64,000 nt of DNA from Seison nebaliae (GCA_023231475.1 JALJEE010000928.1:1-64000), one strand, 5' to 3'; counted from the stretch's first letter, positions 12,316-26,777 are shown. The notes: a model not told the origin generated them from the letters alone. A program made the numbers and translations.

Positions 12316-14184
12316 ATATAAAGTCCGTTATGAATTCTCCTAATGATGAATAGTTTCACGTTGTTTTTGTTTTCAATTGTCTATTTATTTTCGACTAATT
12401 GATAACAACTTATTGTAATTAAAGTATCGTTAGACATGATGAACATTGCACACACTCTCATCTTGTCATCGCATTATTGTACCATTGATGATTGTACCTA
12501 CACGATGCATTTTAGTGCGAGTCAAACTTTTGGAAGATTTAGCAAAACAATTTAGTCGTTTGAGACAACATAATTATGTAAGATGCCTGAATTGTCAGTC
12601 GAAATCAATGTAATTCGATCACGATCACTCAGGTTACATTAGTGAATTCAATTCGGCATTTGTAAGTTAATTTCGATAAAATTAGCGATTCGGTTTAACG
12701 CTTCTCCTCTATTGGGTCGATCTTTCTTATGATATTATTGTTTATCTGCCATTTTCTTAAGGAAAACTTTAAGCAAATAAACACTAAATTATAATTATTA
12801 TGAATAATAATAATTCTAAATATTGGTAAGAAGAACCTTAGTATCATAAGGGAGAAAGCAATATTAAAGAATATGTTATTGTTGGAAACAAGGACTGTTA
12901 AATTAAATTTAATCATCTTCAGAACAATCATTATTCAGAAATGTTCATGCATATCATATAATATTGTCATTTCCAATGTTTGCAGTCCCTTCCCTAACAT
13001 TATTATGAACAAGTCACAATATTTAGAAAAATTGGAACGAGTATTCTTTAACATAGCATGATAAGAGACTGTGTCAAACATTATCAAAGGCATCAAGAAT
13101 ATAACATTTGATTATAGAACATAAATAAATTCATCAAAAAAGAACCAAAATTACAATTGTCATTATCACTAAATTAATCAGTTACAACTAATCTCCCATG
13201 ACTTGTTGTAATATAAGATTATGTGTCAAAAAGATGACCTTATTCCATCATCACACCTACCAACTTCCATCACAATTGTCATACAGTAAATTAGGATGCA
13301 AATAGTCTCGAAGCAATCAATTACGATACATTACGACAAAAATATTGTCTTATCACATTTAATTGTAATACAATATCTTGATGAGAATAATAATCAATTT
13401 GAAAAATATTTACCGAACCATTTTTTAATTTCCATTTATTACTCTTTCGTATCTTCAATTTTTTTTATCAATCACTTTTCATTATTTGAGAAGTCTTCTC
13501 TAACATTTTTTGATAGATCGACGTAAAAGAATCTTTCGCCGTCAAAAAAATTTTCGTCAACTCGTTTCCACTTTCATCAGCCATCCAATCTGGTGGTAAA
13601 TGTGTATAAAGTAAAATATTACAATATAATCGATATTTTTTTTCGTTATGTCAAAATTCCATTACGTAAAATTTGACCAATCACCACTTAAATGGCCAAT
13701 GATCAGACGAATCTATGACATGGTCTGCAATTGAAGTTGAGGTCCATATTTCCGAAAACATCTCAAATAAAAATTCGGAAATCGATATCGACCGCTAGAA
13801 TGTCCATTGAATTCTAACGAACTTAATATAATTTATTGGCGGTGGATGTATTGATGATGAAAATGATTTAGATTGACAGGCATTTTTTTACTTTAACAGT
13901 ATTTACTCCCATTACTTCCATAATGATTAATGAGCAACTAATAAATTTACATGAATAGATTATGTATTCGTTACTTAGGGTGTAGTGGATTTATGTGGAA
14001 TATATTCAGGGCGAAATCGAAATAATTAAATGAAAAGGCAAATCAGCAGAGAAACTTGAATAATGTTCGATTATTACCATTAAATTTTTGTAACAACAGC
14101 AAACATCAAACAACCGGTTCGTAAAGAAAGTGTAAGTGGAAATTCAAGTAATAGAGTGCAAAGAAATCATATGTCAAAAGGACG

Positions 14185-16503
14185 ATGGAATTGAATCGTC
14201 TAAAAAGTTTCGCTGGTAAATATCATGACATCAATCGACTATCACAACAAATGGCTACAATCAAAAATTATTTTCATGAGCCCAAAACATCAACAGCATC
14301 CCCCAAGGAGGAAAGGAATATCTTTGACGAAATCGGTAATGGATACCTCCAAACAGGGAATAATTCAAACTCGGATTATTCCAAAAATCTTTTATCCCCA
14401 ACTTGTTCTTCCATTTCACAAGGATCGAGAGGAACGTTCTTAGGAAATAATTCATCTATCGATGATATAAGCTTATCGCTTTCTCGAACATCGTCAACAA
14501 AGTGTTTAGATACGCAATCGACAACTGATAAAATGGAAAAAGAAAGGAAAACTGGAATTCGTTCTCATATATTCTCAGTCGAATATTGGAGTGACACGTT
14601 ACCCTTGAAAAAATTGAATCTCATGAATATAGATGGCTCAACTGCTAATCCTATAGCGAATGACATGAATTCTGATTACTCAATTGTCGATGAACTGGGT
14701 GAAATGGAGAATGTGCCGCAAGAAGAAAAGAATGACGAGTCTGAGACACAATTTGCAGAAATCATTAAAGAAGGAAACATGGAGCATAATTCGCCTATAT
14801 ATAGAAATGAGAAGAAAATTGAATGGAAGAATCGACGGAGAAAAAATAGTATTAGGGAAACGATGGAAATCGAGACTAATGTGGATCATACAGGTACACC
14901 AAATTCAATGCGATCATCTATTACAACTAATTGCTCAGAGATTACTTCCTGTTCAACTTGTACAATTTGTGATCAATGTAATCGTCGACATCCGGTAGGT
15001 GACTGGAGTGGTGATGAAACGGAACAGTCGTCAGATAATGAGGTGAATAATGAATCGTTTGTTCCATCCGCCACCACTGCTCAAAATAAACGTCGGATGT
15101 ATGCTAAATCATTAAATGAGCGAAGTGAAGGCATTTTGTATATGTTGCGGAGGATGCAGATCGATTTGAACAATCGTTTTCTCAAACAGTTCAAATCGTT
15201 GAAAGAGTCATCGTCGAGAGCGTCCACGTTGAAGATGTTCAGTTCGGAAACGATTCCAAAAAAGATCAATAAACTCATTGACAAAGACAAGACAAACAGT
15301 GATGATATTAATGATGGACATATGAATCATTTAAGTAAATTAATTGATGATGAAGTTAATCAATGTTCTTCCAAAATTATTCTTCCAACGGAACAATTGA
15401 CGAAAGTGCAAATACAAATGAAAGTGGAAGAATCGTTAGATTCCACCGTTCGAATGGTAAAGATGTGTGAAGAGGTTTCTCATCTAATTCTCTATTTTCA
15501 TTTTAAAACCCATATTAATTAGTGTTCTGACGCCGGTTTACGTGCATTAGTCATGTTAGATGAACAAGGTGAACAGAATGATATAATTGAAAAACAAATA
15601 ACTTCAGCTGAAGATAATATAAATACAGCTGAACAGGATCTAGAGATATTTAATGAATGTTGGATGACATTATTCGGATATTTCATTAGCAAGTTCTTTT
15701 TTTTCATTTCTTTCATTCATTTTCATTACGAAAACCAGAATTCGAAAGAAGAAACGATGTCATAGTGAAGATGAGTATAATAAGAAGATCAGGAAACAAT
15801 TATTGAATGATGCAGCGGCAATTAGTGGGAAAAGTATTCCGATGCGAAAAGAGAAAATGACGTGTGGACAATATATTCTGAAACGTCTGGGATTATTATG
15901 GTGCATTAAACCTCGACGATTATCTATAATGTCTACTGCGGTTTTTCCCAATAATGTCCCAGTCAGAACAGAAGTGCATAAGGTGAATTGTGAACAGAGA
16001 TTATCAATCCTCAGTAATTGCAGTCTACAAAATGAAACGAAACTGAAAACTAGTTATAATTTTTTATAATTTCTTTCATTAGTATTAAATAATATATATT
16101 AACATAATTCTAGAACGAATCACTCATGCTGTATCCATTCCACTGATGGAGGATAAGAAATCAATTAATTACAAGGACGTCGGTTACATTCGCCGTATAC
16201 AATTCAATGAATATGAAGATTCGATGGATAAGAATGTGAGTAATGTTAACGACCTAATGAGAAGTATTCGTCAAATGGCTCTGGATATCGGAACGGAAAT
16301 TGACGCGCAGAACTTACAACTGACTAGATGCAAAGAAAGAGTTAGTCTCTTTTGATGAAATAATTTTTCACTTTCTTTAACAGACGAAGGATATTGAGAA
16401 TAAAGTTCAGAAAACTACAAAAAAAACTATGGCACTTCTATTGAAGAAAAATCGTGTGCAAGCATCCTTGAAGATTAATGCAGTTTCCGGTGAATTAATA
16501 TGA
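14185..16503 (+). CDS. SNAP-25-family Qbc-SNARE with long N-terminal extension (5 exons)
   Basis: SNARE1 [33 protein letters not shown] and SNARE2 GYIRRI...EDSMDKNV...IRQMALDIGTEIDAQNLQL match the SNAP-25 helices. Four GTT-AG introns. Confidence 0.85.
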
Positions 16504-16904
16504 AAGTTGTACATGTACTTGTATATATCATTGAATTCAATCGAACTATCTGAAATTATTTCATTTCATCTTTCACTTCAAACAATCGTCTCAAATGCAA
16601 ATTTCGTTGAAAACCTTTTAATTTATTAAAAAGTTTTTGAAAATCCTTCTCCTTATCAACTTCTCCTATTACGTATTACTAATATTTTAAGTCAATAATC
16701 TAATCAAAAAACTATTCATCATTCCATCGTTACTAAAAAATTAATCATTCAACAGAATGTAATAAGATTTACTAAAATTTTTAAGTTTTCCGAATAAAAT
16801 CGAAGAGATTTCTATTTTGAAAAAACTGAACTAAAATAATTTAACTTTAGAAATGTAGTTAATAATTTAAGTGAGTAAAATATTTAATAATATTTGTCGA
16901 AGTT

Positions 16905-19884
16905 CTAGTTACTCCATAAACTGGTGTCTTCAGTTTCATCTCTATAGTTTTCTACGGGCGTTTGGTTTCTACTCAATTTCCTCTTATTTCCTTGGATTCT
17001 TGGAGAATTGCTCGCTATTGACGATGAAGAATTCTTCCGATCTATCGAATATGATGGTTTGCGGTAGTTTCTTTTCGATGGTTGTCTTTCGAATGTTCTA
17101 TTTCTGGTATGAGGAGAACTTCGACTGTATTCGTTGTCGTCATATTCTTCGTCATCCGAATTCTCATTATTAATGTTACGAATAGTCAACTGAAATCAAT
17201 AATAGAAAATGAAAATTAAAGAAAGATGAAACTTTATTATTGCCACCTGATCGTTCTTTGCTAGTACGTGAAGAACTAAGTTGACGTTGTTTTATTGAAG
17301 GTCTCTCACTCGTATAAGTTGTGACCCAATTCTTTTTTGAAGTGTTGGAAGAAGATGAGGTGGAAAGTTTTTTTTGTCTTTTCTTTGGAGAATTTGAGAG
17401 TGAACGTTCCATATGACTAATTTCAGTCATGTTATATGAATTGATCGAATCGTTATGATATGTGTCTGAAGTAAATATATCACTTTTGTTATGTCGTGGT
17501 TCTCGATTAGAATATGACGGACTTAATTCATCCAATTTCGTTGAAGATTCCGCCGAATTGGGCGTAGAAGAATTATAGTGCTGAAATTTGACATTATCTT
17601 TTAAATTACCACCAGAATGGTGACTTGATTTTGAGGATGATGGTTTCGTAATTTTCTCTCTCGAACTCTTCTCAGTGATCACATTCAATTTATCTTCAAA
17701 CATTTTTCTATATCTTTCATATTTCTTCAAAAATTTAATGTATAAAAATTTAATTCAATAATCAATTATAATAACTTTGTTGTTAGGCATTTTGGAAATG
17801 GATTTTCTGGAATCCATTTTAAATTCATTTAATTTCGACTTATATTCCGTTTCAGTCAATTTTTCATCTTCCTATCAACATAATTATGATAAATGATAAT
17901 CATTGAAAAATGAAATGTAAACGTTAGTGATTCCCAAATTTTTCAAATCATTTGAAAAATCATCGAAAGCTGGTACCATCCATCCACATTTATCAGCATG
18001 TCCCTCCAAAAAATCATTCCAATTACCTTTTGGAAAATAAAATTTTTTGTCAGGAACTGAAACAAATTTCTTCCGTTTCATTTCTTTGTATTTGGCAGAG
18101 ACTGATGGACAAATATCTTCGAGATAGAATGTCTGTTCACCAACTGGTTCCGTCTCACTAACTGAAGTGATTGACAATCGTTTTATCTTCTTTTTCGGTT
18201 TACGTTTCCTCTCCGATGATTTGGATGTATCAACACGTTCCTCCAACAATTTATCGATATCCATTTCATTATAACTGCGTTGAAATGTCTCTAATTCGTT
18301 CTTAAGATTTCTGATTATCTCATTTTTCTTTAAAAAAAATGAATAATTAATGAAGAAGTAAAAGAGAGAAACTTTATCAATTTTAGATCCATATCTCTTA
18401 TGTAAACCATGCTCTTCATTATAATACTTCTTCTGCATCGATCCCAATTGTTGAGATAAACGATTTTCATTATTGTGGAATTCTTTTAATTTTTTTTTTA
18501 AATTTTGATTATCATTCATTAAACTATTATAATCATTCTCCAATTTATCGTCATGAACTTCACAATAAATTATTTCAAGAAAGAATATTAGAAACTTAAA
18601 TTATTAAGAAAAAGAAACCAGATCTTAATTTCTCTTCACTTAAACGATTCACCAATTTCTCTCTGTCATTTAGTAATTTTTCATTCTTTCTTTCTAATTC
18701 GTCAATCTGATACTGTTGACGCCGATTATCAACATGGTGCACATTATCTGTTTCATCGACAGTTGTCTTCCATTTCACTTCTAATCTTCTCATAAGATCC
18801 GATTGTGATTCCTATGTTAACTGATGAATTAAAAAACAAAAAATATTACAAAAAAACCATTTGGTGTTGTAATTTCTTAATTTCTTCTTGAAGATCATCA
18901 TATTTCTTCTGTTTCTCTTCATCATCCTTCTTCCATTTGCTTTCCATAAGTTTTAATTCATTTTGATATTTATTCTCTAATTGTTCTTCATTCATTTTGC
19001 CATCCTTTGAATTGGGATCCAATTTGAGAGCAATATCAAAATGTCGATTATCAACATGCTTTTGCAAATATCTGAAATTTTCAAAAGCTTTTGAACAAAC
19101 TGGACACTGATCATTCAATCTGATATATTCAGTCAATAATTCGACAGAATACTAACAACATAAGCACTAAATTTGAAGTTATGAAGTAGTCGTTGTTGTT
19201 CTTCCAATAAACGTTTCCTTCTCTTATTCTCTTTTCTCAATTCTAACATTTCCATTTCCATATTCTTCTGAACTTCTTTGTTATTCTCTAGTTTCTTTTA
19301 AAGTTTATTAAAAAGAAATTGTCATTTTCTAAAATATAATAAGAAAACTTTCTGATATACAGTGGAATTCGCTTCCAAATTTTGCGCAACATTCGAGATA
19401 TAAGTTTGAGTATTCTAAAGAGGAAAATGTTGAAAAGTTGTTGAAGAAATATTCCAACTAATAAATATTCGATGATCAATTGTGAGATTTTGAAGAGTTT
19501 CACAAAGTGGGGATCTATAGCTCTGGTCGTCTATCAATCATAAAAATTGAAATTAACAATAAAAGTATTTATTAGAAATCAAACGGTTTCCATATCGATA
19601 TTGCAATAAGTAATATTTAATATTAATTCTTGTAATGATGTCACATCCATCTCATTAATAATTCGATCAAGATCAGTTATAACTAGAAAATTAAAAGGAG
19701 AAAATGTGTTTAGTGAATAGGAACTATAAAAGATGAGATTGAAGAAACCAATTCGCTGCCAATCGACTGGTAATGTTTTTGCTTTAAATGCAAGATTTGG
19801 TGGTTTGACATCTTGTATCGATTCAGATAGAACACTCATATTCATCAGATTGTAACTTCTTTGTTCATCAATCATCGTTGACAT
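16905..19884 (-). CDS. DZIP1: DZIP1/DZIP1L (iguana) ciliary C2H2 zinc-finger coiled-coil protein (about 12 exons)
   Basis: Dzip-like N domain VDWQRI..TDLDRIINEMDVTSLQELILNITYCNID...DPHFVKLFKISQLIIEYLL, C2H2 finger CPVCSKAFENFRYLQKHVDNRH, then coiled coils. Confidence 0.85.
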
Positions 19885-19929
19885 GGCAACTACTTAGCAA
19901 TGACTTCTATTAATCATTCTCATGGCGAC
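19877..19929 (-). promoter_or_regulatory. Two RFX X-box motifs at the DZIP1 5' end
   Basis: GTTGCCATGTCAAC (19877-19890) and GTCGCCATGAGAAT (19916-19929) on the minus strand fit the GTNNCCATGGNAAC-type X-box. DZIP1 is a ciliary gene. Confidence 0.7.
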
Positions 19930-20048
19930 AGTTGATTATCCATCAATATTATTCGCTTGATGAATTTGGAAGAAGAATAAATTCAAATTAAATAATCAAA
20001 TTACAAGCTTCTGGTGCAATTTAAAATTTTCTATTTCATCAGCTGAAA

Positions 20049-20830
20049 ATGGACAGTTTTGGTTAGTTTCCTTCAACTTTCTCCTCCCAAATAATACCGT
20101 CTGTTTTCAGGAAAGAATGATAATTTGGATTTCAATCTTAAAAATTTTGAACCCTTATCTGGATTGGGTGCGGATACATCTTTATTATCACCTTATTTGC
20201 AAGTCGATCAAAACGTATTAAGAAATGTTCGATCTCTTTCGAGAAATGTTTTATGTTGATAAATAATTTTATGAAATTTCTTTTCTTATTCTACAGGTGA
20301 ACAATGATCTTCTACCAGTTCCCGAAGCAGAAAGACGAGGAGCATTCGAAATGGCTTTTATGCAAATCGGTTCTTCAGTTTTTGCCGGTGGTGCTTATGG
20401 AATGATGAATGGTGCCATCGATGGTGTCCGAGCGAATCGTTTACAGAATTTAAAAGGAAAAGCAAATCGAACACAGTTTTGAAAGAATCTTTATTTTTTT
20501 ATAATAATTTATTGTTTATTAAGATTGATCAATTACATTGCTAAACAAGGTGGTCAATCAACTCAAACTTTAGCGTCAATTGCCGTTATCTATTCATTCT
20601 TCTCAGTCGCCGCCGATTACGGAATTAGAAAAATTGTTCCGGAAAATAATGATAATTATATCATTGGTAGTCGAATTGGTGCAGGTACATTAACCGGTGC
20701 ACTTTATAAATGTTCGGGTGGATTAATGGCATCGCTTCGAGGAAGTGTTATCGGATCATCTTTGGTGGTAGCTTATCTCACGATAACTTCTTCCGTCATC
20801 GAAGATGTCAGAAGATTCCTAAAATTTTAG
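20049..20830 (+). CDS. TIMM23: Mitochondrial inner-membrane translocase subunit Tim23 (4 exons)
   Basis: LSPYLQVDQ, RRGAFEMAFMQIGSSVFAGGAYG, RTQLINYIAKQG...TLASIAVIYS, AGTLTGALYKCSGG. Confidence 0.9.
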
Positions 20831-20886
20831 ATTGTATCATTATTTTCATTTCATTTTTGTTTTATTCCCCAAAAAAAATTAATTTT

Positions 20887-21939
20887 TCAATTTTCTTCAT
20901 CTCTATACGTATTTGTTTCACAAATCGACAATCTTCTTTTACTCTTCGACAATTTCTCTTCTATTTGAGAATCGACAGAAAATTTTCTCTTCGAACGAAA
21001 AGTTTTTGAAAATTCTTTTAAAAAATTATACCCAGAAAGTTTAGGAAAAAATTTCTCTTGTTTTCGAGTCTTAATCGTTGTCGAATGAAGAAAACCATTC
21101 GAATAGAATTCGTGAAAACTTTCCGAATAAACAAAAGAAATTGGTGACGGCGTTAAATTTGGTTGTTGATGGAATGGAAATAAGTCATTGGAGAATAAAA
21201 AGAATTTCGAATTCGATTCGAAACGTTTCGGAAGATATTCCATTAATTTCACTTGATCAAAATATGAAGATATTCCAAAATAAAAATTATTTATTTTTAT
21301 CGATTTAATTAATTTCGCTCTCAATCGTTTCCCTTCCCAACCGTTTGAATTCCATTTAATTATTTTATCACAACAAGATAATGAATTAGTTCGATTGTCC
21401 CGATTGTTTCCATAAGGTCTTCCCGGTTTTTTATGAGAAGGAAAATTTGTTCGATGATTATCGATGTCAATCGAATCATATAAAGTTCCACAAGGAATTT
21501 TAGAAGTAATAAAATGAAATTTAAATTTCGTTCCATATTTCTCTAAATTCTTATCGAATTGAAGAAATATTGAATTATTCGTCTTCATTTCATTTAAAAG
21601 AAATAATCTGAACATTCTTCTAGAAAGAACTTCGGCATGGCAATCGTTCAGATATGTGCCATCATACAACTGATTTCTCAATAAATTTCTTTTAATCATT
21701 CCATCCAAACATTTCGTTCCATTAGCCAACGTACAAAGAAATAAACGTCCATTCTCATCCTCTCCAATAATAGCAGCAAAAACAGTCCAATGATTGTTCA
21801 AGAACTTCTTCTTCAATGAATATTCTTCAACAATGTCATTTAATTTTCTTTCAAAAAATTGAATAACAATATTCTCATCAATAACATCCGTATTGCACTT
21901 ATCAGAATCTTCAACCAATTTATTTAAACAAATATTCAT
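20887..21939 (-). CDS. ADAT1: tRNA-specific adenosine deaminase 1 (intronless)
   Basis: A_deamin motifs GTKCL, LNDCHAEVLSRR, PCG, KPGR...SLSCCDKIIKW. No dsRBD. Confidence 0.8.
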   Translation of the reverse strand: MNICLNKLVEDSDKCNTDVIDENIVIQFFERKLNDIVEEYSLKKKFLNNHWTVFAAIIGEDENGRLFLCTLANGTKCLDGMIKRNLLRNQLYDGTYLNDCHAEVLSRRMFRLFLLNEMKTNNSIFLQFDKNLEKYGTKFKFHFITSKIPCGTLYDSIDIDNHRTNFPSHKKPGRPYGNNRDNRTNSLSCCDKIIKWNSNGWEGKRLRAKLIKSIKINNFYFGISSYFDQVKLMEYLPKRFESNSKFFLFSNDLFPFHQQPNLTPSPISFVYSESFHEFYSNGFLHSTTIKTRKQEKFFPKLSGYNFLKEFSKTFRSKRKFSVDSQIEEKLSKSKRRLSICETNTYRDEEN

Positions 21940-21987
21940 TCTTTGTAATTTCAAAAACTAAAGAATTCTCATTCAATTTTCAATGAA

Positions 21988-23016
21988 TTATTTTAATTTA
22001 CATATTAGACGAACGGTTTCAGTCGGATCTTTGACGCTGTGGCCTACCGTACGCGGATCTTCAAAAATCTCATGATCATTTCCACCCTGAAAAGTAGAAG
22101 AACATTTTTATAATTTCAGAAGTTTTAGATGAACTTTATATGTTTTATCACCAAAGAAATGGATTTCATCGAATTTTCCTTCCAAAAATTGGAGACAATA
22201 CCGTTTATCCCAACCATCAGGATAAATGTCAAACGATATTTCGCCACCTATTCAACTAAACTTTAACTCATTCTTCCGAACAACACTAACCGATTGCAAA
22301 TTGTAATTTTTTCTCACTAAATTTTTCTTGAAGATTCTCAACAAATTTTTCTCGAATTTTAAATTTCTAAAAATGAACAAATAAAAAAAATCGAAAGAAA
22401 AAAATCGATATTTTAAACTTTATCATATTCTGCAAATTGCTTACGTTCCTCTACGGAACAACTACGTCCGACTGGACAAACGTTGATCAATCCATTTCGA
22501 TATTCGACGAACGTTCCACTGGAAAATAGAAATTTGTAATAATTCGGAAAAATTGTTATTAAAACCGTTTAACTGGAATTGTCAATTGTGACATATATCC
22601 CAAACAATGATTAATCAGTTCTTGGGATGTCTCTTCACCAATATGTTTTAAGATGCTCTAAATTAAACGTCATTGATAAAATGTAGAAAGATGGAATGAT
22701 GGAATGATGTGACAATGAACAGTTCGGTGAGTGCAACTTCCATTTTCATGGGCGACTAATCCATTTTCTGAGAAGACATAATGGAATAATTGAACGGCTT
22801 TCGCGCCTAATTGTTCGTAAATCTTTTGATAATCTGATCCACTTACAACGGCGATTGAATGTTTCTGTCGTAATTCTCGAAGACATTCGATCATATATTC
22901 ATTCATTTGCTATCAGATAAGATGTAAATGGAACGGTGATAAAATGAGTGAACTTGTCTCGATGGAGTTAATGTTCCATCCATATCGAACAAACATAGAA
23001 TTCTCTTCGATGACAT
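21988..23016 (-). CDS. PMM2: Phosphomannomutase (HAD family, 7 exons)
   Basis: [74 protein letters not shown]. Confidence 0.93.
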
Positions 23017-23616
23017 GATGTTGACGTCTCCAGTGAAATTGTTAATGCTTATAATTCAATAAAGTGTTTGGAGGAGGAAGATATTATTATCTATCTTTTA
23101 CACAATAAAGAGGAAACGAAATAGAAAATAATTCGAAAAAACGAGGTGAAGCATGAAAGAACAATGAAGAGAATATATTCCTTTCTCATTTCCATGTCTA
23201 TTTATGTTTGAATTTCTTATTTGTATAATGACATTCTCGAAATCATCATAGTTATATTTACACGTCACCAGAATTAGTTTGTCAATTTGATTCTACATAT
23301 ATTTCGTGATATTAACAAATTGCATATCATGATATATGCATCTCTAAATAATGTCGTTGCATAATCTTTATTCAAATGACACACAATCTTTAATGTGAGT
23401 TTGAAATAAACAAAAGATATTAAATTTTAGAATTTCCAATTTGTTTCTACAAACTTTAAATGAGTCTCATGAACGAATAAAAATAAGGAATGAAAAATTT
23501 TCTTTATTTTTCATAGAACAATTTTAAAGAAACACTGTAAAAAGACGAATAATAATTAAACTGCAGTCACAAATAAAAAATTCAATAATGAATTAAGTTG
23601 AAATAAATATGGAAGA

Positions 23617-25294
23617 CTATTCTGATTCAGAATTTGGAGATTTGTGTTCAAGCCAAGTGGAGATGAGAAGAATGAGCGCAAACAACATAGCAATGAAATG
23701 AATGATGGCGATGATGAAAAATGCTTTATCGAACGAATTATATTTATCTCGAATACTTCCAAAAATTTGAAAAGAAATTAAGGCGACAATTCCTTGAGAG
23801 ACTTGAATTAGTGCCAACGCACTTCCATATTCACTTTGTTTGACGAAGTCACCAATAGCTGCCATTAATAGTGCAACGTATAATCCGGTTAACATTCCAC
23901 GAAATGCTATCGCTATCAAATAAACGGATAATTGATGTGCATGATAACCGATGACGTATGTCGTAACGCCCATCAATAGAGAGACGAGAAAAAACAACGA
24001 ACATTTAACCATAATTGGCGGTTCATGTCGATATGAGATGATTGATAATGTAAAACGACCACTTGCATCCACTGCACAATATAGAGAGACGAACATGACA
24101 ACATATTCATCAAAATGATATCGATGTGATGCGTGTGAAGGGAATATTGTTCCGAATGTAATGTAACCGACATTATTGAACAAACCATAAATGAATAATA
24201 AGAGAAACGATTTAGGATATTTGGTTAATAAGGACAATTTGAATAAATGTTTCCAGGAATCAGATGATAAATTTCTTCCTTCGAATCGTCGATAATAAAT
24301 GAACTTTTCAATTTCTTCCAATTTCTTGTGTTTTTTGTTCAATTTTTCTTCGATCTCTTCATTCTCATCACAAAATATTATTTTCTTTATCAGTTTATTC
24401 GATTCTTCTCCTTTTTCTTTCTCATAACATTCTCCATTTCCTATACCATTTGAATTGATTAATTCCAATTCTTTCACATTTGGTTCGACATTTAATTTAT
24501 ATTTATATTCCAATTCATCTTCTACAGGTCGAAATAAACAAACTGCTATGAATACGTGAGCAGCGAATGCACTTGTTAAAATGAAAGTGCCTGTCAATCC
24601 ATATTCTTTCAAAAAGATTTTCACTATGAAAGGAAAGATAATTCCACTGATGCCAGACACACAAGAAGCGAGACTCATTGCTGTAGTTCGTTTCTTCTTG
24701 AAATAATCGCTGATGAGACAATAGGAACACGTGTACAATAAACCTCCACCAACACCTATTGATCTTGAATGGAATCAAAATAGAATTAAATTAACATACA
24801 ATTTCAATTTTTATCGGAGAAGGACAACAAATAACCTGCGATAACTCCATGTGTCAAAAATAAGAGTTTGGGTGTGGTCAAAACGAGACCGCATGAGAAT
24901 ATACCGGTGCAAACGAGAATTGTTCCGATTAATATCATTCTTTTAGCACCATATCTCTTCATTAATAATGTAGCTGGTGCACCTACGAATTAGAATACGT
25001 ATTAATTAATTTTCGAGTAATTTACAAACTGCAAAAATTTAGACAAAAAATATGGACGGCAGGTATCCATGACAACGATTTAACATCAATCTCTTGTGTT
25101 GTTGATGAATCGACGAATTTTTGAATTAGTAAATGAAAGAGGATTCCGAACGACTTCACATAACCGATGAAGAATAAATGAATCAAACTACAACCGATAA
25201 TGATGATCCATCCCCATCCACCATCCAATCCTGGCGATGAAGGAACTTTTCCTTTCAATTCTTTCACCTTCTCAATTGTCGTGTTTCTCTTCAT
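23617..25294 (-). CDS. SLC16/monocarboxylate transporter-like MFS protein (3 exons)
   Basis: DGGWGW motif in TM1, YFKKKRT.A.SLA loop, multiple TM helices. Confidence 0.88.
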
Positions 25295-25441
25295 AATATT
25301 AGATGTAATGAAAAAGATAAGTACTTCTATGACAAATAAGAAATATAAGAAACGTTAATAAATAAATAGGTGGACGAGAGACATGTGAAAAGAGAAATGG
25401 TATAAAGAGAGAACATAAAAGAGAATATATAAAACTGGAAA

Positions 25442-26777
25442 TTATTCGGGAGTAAATTTTAAAAGAAATTTTGATTTTTTTCGTAATTCCTCTCGTTCAT
25501 TCTCGTTAATTATTATAAAAATATTCAAAAATAAAATACAAAAGGCGATGAAATGTAAGACTGATAAGATAATGAGAGAAATGGTGAATTCCCCAGTGAA
25601 TTTGCGGACGAAATCGATTAAGAGAAAAATGAGAGTGGATTGAAACAGTTTGCCAATCTCTTGTAGACTCAAAGCAGGAGAATATTCTTCTTTCTCATCT
25701 ACCATATCAACTATACCGGATATTAATAATGAAAAATATTCGCCCGTTAGAAATCCGCGAATACCACATAATAAACCATAAATTATTGGGTTAGTTGCGA
25801 AGAGTGCAATTGTTAGTGTCGACAGTGACATCATTAGAGCGTTGACGATTAGTAGAATAGTTTTGTTCAGTTTACTAATGTTAGAATGGAGAGAAAGTAA
25901 TGAGATGAATAATCGACCGAATGTATCCATGAAACCATACGCCATGACAAAATATAACGTATGTGATTCATTTAATGAATAATGTATGATTGCGTGCGAG
26001 GGAATCATAACGGAGAAACTGATGACACCAAATCCTTGAAATAAATTAAAGAGTGAAAATATTAAGAATTTTCGATATTTCTTCAACAGTCTCCATTCGA
26101 TCAGAGAAACTTTCGATTTTTTAGTATTACTACGAATTTTCCATTCCATTGGACGTGCTACAGCTGCATTGATCATCGAATGGAATACGGTGGAAGCGGT
26201 TAATAGAAATGCACCAGCCATCCCATAAAATTGAAGAGATGATTTCATAATGATGGGTAGAATTAATGCACCAATGCCTGAAGATGAGGTAGCTAATGAG
26301 AGAGCGAATGTTTTTCTTTTCTCGAAATATTCGGAGACGAGACATACGGATGGAATGTAAAGTAAACCACAACCAACACCAGCCATCACTCCATGAGAGA
26401 AGAATAACATGTAAATATTAGTGATGAATAATGAACAACTTACCAGACCGGCAGTAAAGAGAATCGATCCCATAAATAAAATTGTACGATAACCGAAACT
26501 GTCAATTAATTTGGCAGCGAAAATTCCTGAAAAGATGGAATTAGAGAAGAATTATATGGAGAAATGTTGATGAACCACAAAAACTGAAACAGAAGATATT
26601 GGCAGCTGGTAGAATTGATATGAATGTTCCTTTATTACCAAATTGAATGAGGAGGTGGTGGTAAAAAATGCCAAACGCTTTCAAATATCCCATAAAACTA
26701 AATTGAACAATGGAACATCCCAAAACGATCATCCAACCCCATCCCCCATCCGGAACTGACAATTTCTCATTTATCAT
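25442..26777 (-). CDS. SLC16/monocarboxylate transporter-like MFS protein, tandem paralog (2 exons)
   Basis: PDGGWGW, YFEKRKTFALSLA, multiple TM helices; similar to the adjacent copy. Confidence 0.88.

Noticed and set aside
13450..13900. Protein-like minus-strand stretch (…LYTHLPPDWMADESGNELTKIF…)
   Set aside because: In-frame stops, a frameshift and no recognisable family; not enough support for a gene call.
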